This document shows positions 36,724-39,467 of a stretch of DNA of 39,467 nucleotides, in pieces. The stretch covers positions 22,089 to 61,555 of the forward strand of contig NW_014040013.1 in assembly GCF_001186125.1 (NCBI RefSeq), read 5' to 3'. Position 1 is the first letter of the stretch; every line of letters begins with the position of its first letter. Position numbers and translations under genes: made by a program. The notes beneath the pieces were generated by a model. It saw nothing but the letters and a program-made list of their open reading frames with translations, had not been told where the DNA came from and searched no databases. The stretch is from Sphaeroforma arctica JP610 (Eukaryota).

Positions 36724-37959
36724 CGTAAATCGTACCGCTGTCCACACATTTTACGTGCTTATAGAAAATTGTATCTATAGCAGTCTATTTATAAAATTTG
36801 ATATATTCATATAATTTTATATTTGGTTTAATTTTGGAATTGGTACACATTAAAACAAAGATATGGATAAATGTGGCCATCGGTGAATTTATGTACTTAT
36901 TGTGCATTTTGCTTTCAATAACAGAATCATAGATTCGTAACAATAAGCCAAGTTCATATAGTCGTTGTATCTAAGCACTGAAAACCCCAATCCAAGAGTT
37001 ATTTCTGAACATTATATAAAATACATATTCTCTATTCTTGTGTAATATTTAGTTTATGAAGGTGTCGATACTTTATATTCACATAACGCAATTATTTAAA
37101 TAAATACTTTAGTTCATTACATACCTAAATACATATTATTACAAATTGAACCACGATGAGTGATGAGAGTGGGGTCTCATCAACCGATCCTCATGCACTT
37201 TGAAACACTTTCCATAGCTACGTCGCATGCTGATGCCGGTCGCATGGTTGTACCTTCCTTACTATGTAATTCCGGATGGCGCCAAAATGCTATCCAGGTA
37301 AACGACAGATATATCGTCTTTAACAAACTAGTTTACGACCCGTCGCGATGTGTATTCTTGGGGCGGTATGTATTGTACAATGAACCTCCGACTGTAATCA
37401 AAGACATGTTGTCCTAATATGTCTAAGTAACAGCCTAGTTTCCGACGGTCTCGAACTACTATACCGAAATTTGAAATATTATGCACATATGTACTTTAAT
37501 TTGCTTCAATACGTTATATAGAGACGGTACACTAATAGAACGTAAATAAATATATTTGTGACCATTTTAATTGGCATAAACAGTCTAACTATTTATTTTT
37601 CGTCGCCTTTGACTGGTGTATGTAAATTCTGTTATTTACTGTTTTGAAATTTGAAACGGATTGAGGTTGGGTACTTAGGTTATACAATGTCCAATTTGAT
37701 TGGATGGCGCCAAATGTGAACATGCATATTGCGTCATGTGTGATTGTATGTATAGATGGCCTGATCGCCTCCTGATGACTGATGTGCATTTGATTATGGC
37801 CTGATTTGGATATCAGATACATATGATAAATTTGTTCCTTTAGTGATTCACATGTAGATAAATAGCCTTGTGTTGTATAAAATATTCGCTGCTCACATCT
37901 ACAACACCAGAAGTACGGTGTTTTGTTGTATCTGCAGTTCTGCACAGGATTACGTAACT

Positions 37960-39366
37960 ATGGAAAGTGTTTCAAAGCATGAGGAGACACGTAGAGGATC
38001 GGTTGATGTGACCCCTCTACCGTGGCCTAAGCTGATTCCTGCGCTCGGGCTTCAGTTAGCGGAAGCTATAACTACGGAGATGTAAGTGCGTACTCTTGAT
38101 ATTATGATTACGGCACGTATATAATGTATATATATATATATATATATCTTACTATTTGTATATATATATATATTTATGCTTGTATATACACACACACATA
38201 CATATATATATATTGTGTGTTATAAAACACAATCTACAGTTTCGGCAATTTGCTAGTGGGTCCTAATGGGTTCGCCGTTACATACTTAACCAGCGTACTT
38301 CTACACTAGTCCACTCGTTTTGAAATACCACATACAATTACACAGATTCTTGTCAACTTATAACATTAAAGCGATGAGTAGTTGATGCGGTCAGATTGTG
38401 TCGGATCGTTTCCAGCCGTCGGTTACGTGTATTCAAGCGCAATATGTTCATACTCAAGGTGGTCGTTTTGTAAGAAAGTACCTCCTATCAATGTGCTTGG
38501 TACTTCTAATAGTAGAGCTAACAGAGGGTACAGATGCTTAAGTAGACAATGGATATTCATACTTTGCAGGCTGTTTCCGTTCGTTGCTTTCATGGTGAAG
38601 GATTTCCATCTCACCGACGATGATAAGAAACTGGGATACTATGCCGGCTACATTGTCAGCAGTTTTTTGTTGGCACAGTTTGTGAGTTCGTTTGGATGGG
38701 GAGTCATCAGCGACAGCGTGGGTGAGCTAGTTCAGTTTAGGTGCATATGACACATACATATGTGTATATGTATGTTACCTGCTATGTTGTTGTCGGATTG
38801 TTTAACTACGAGTATGCCGGCTACATACGAAGTTTACGTAGCTTAGGTTATAAATTCATATTTGACGTCTACGCGAAGAGGTATATCCTGCCTTAGCATC
38901 TTCTCCTTCGATGCAAATTAAAGGGCTGTTAGCAATATATCTGGCCAGGGACTAGATAACAAAAGCTGTTTTTGTGTACATGTATGTTACGGTCGTTCCA
39001 ATCCATCCGTCAAAAGACTTGATTTTCCTAAAAACAGGTCAACACTCAAATTCAAATGCAATAGACTCTAGTTAAGTAATGCCCAAATAATAGTTCAGTA
39101 TTTCTCAAGTAGTAGGGTGCTCCTACGTAAGCGATCACGTCAGCACTATAATTTAAACGTAACCGCCATTGGGCTACACCACTTCCTCTGTCACTCAACT
39201 TTGCGTCACGGTAACCCTACAATCAGGTCGCAGGCCGGTGATGATGCTGGGTCTTGCTTGCAATGCGCTGTTTCTGGTGCTCTTCGGTTTCAGCAAAAAC
39301 CTATTCTGGGCAGTCGCCATGCGTTGTCTTAATGGACTGATGAATGGCAATCAGGGCGTTGTTCAG
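37960..39366 (+). CDS. Major facilitator superfamily transporter (ZIFL1/YCR023C-like), first three coding exons; continues beyond the window
   Basis: Exons 37960-38081, 38570-38721, 39227-39366 join in frame: VTPLPWPKL...EMLFPFVAFMVKDF...GYYAGYIVSSF..AQF..SFGWGVISDSVGRRPVMMLGL...LFGFSKN...AVAMR.LNGLMNGN.GV. MFS motif A (G..SD..GRRP) is present. Confidence 0.92.
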
Positions 39367-39467
39367 GTACACTTGATTTTGATAAGATCCGTATCGCTCG
39401 TTTGTTACACATGTATGAATATATATATATATATATATATATAAGTTAATATATATATATACATAAA

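Noticed and set aside
35750..37950. First coding exon of WNK; ORFs 36348-36617, 37160-37417, 37589-37945
   Set aside because: No convincing 'SP.GR(F/Y)' pre-kinase segment or other motif found; left unresolved.

Overview
Intron-rich eukaryotic DNA (GT-AG introns, (AT)n microsatellites, three N gaps). The style suggests a unicellular holozoan such as an ichthyosporean, but that is inference only. Host genes reconstructed by hand: the last four exons of a coiled-coil protein resembling the SLK/STK10 C-terminus (+, 799-3019); a probable orphan gene end (-, 3531-4118); a complete 4-exon ARV1 (+, 17733-23215); a WNK kinase with a long Q-rich tail (-, 24109-35748, 5' end unresolved); and the first three exons of a ZIFL/YCR023C-like MFS transporter (+, from 37960). 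The 4.2-17.5 kb interval is a graveyard of mobile or foreign DNA: a frameshifted intronless metzincin-like gene, a decayed tyrosine-recombinase retrotransposon (DIRS-type RNase H + YR), and a decayed Ty3/gypsy-type LTR retrotransposon (11690-17148, CTCT target duplication). The most unusual feature is that this LTR element carries a Dam-like N6-adenine methyltransferase domain right after RNase H, plus large insertions inside RT and RNase H. Many introns hold a private minisatellite, often built from the splice junction itself.
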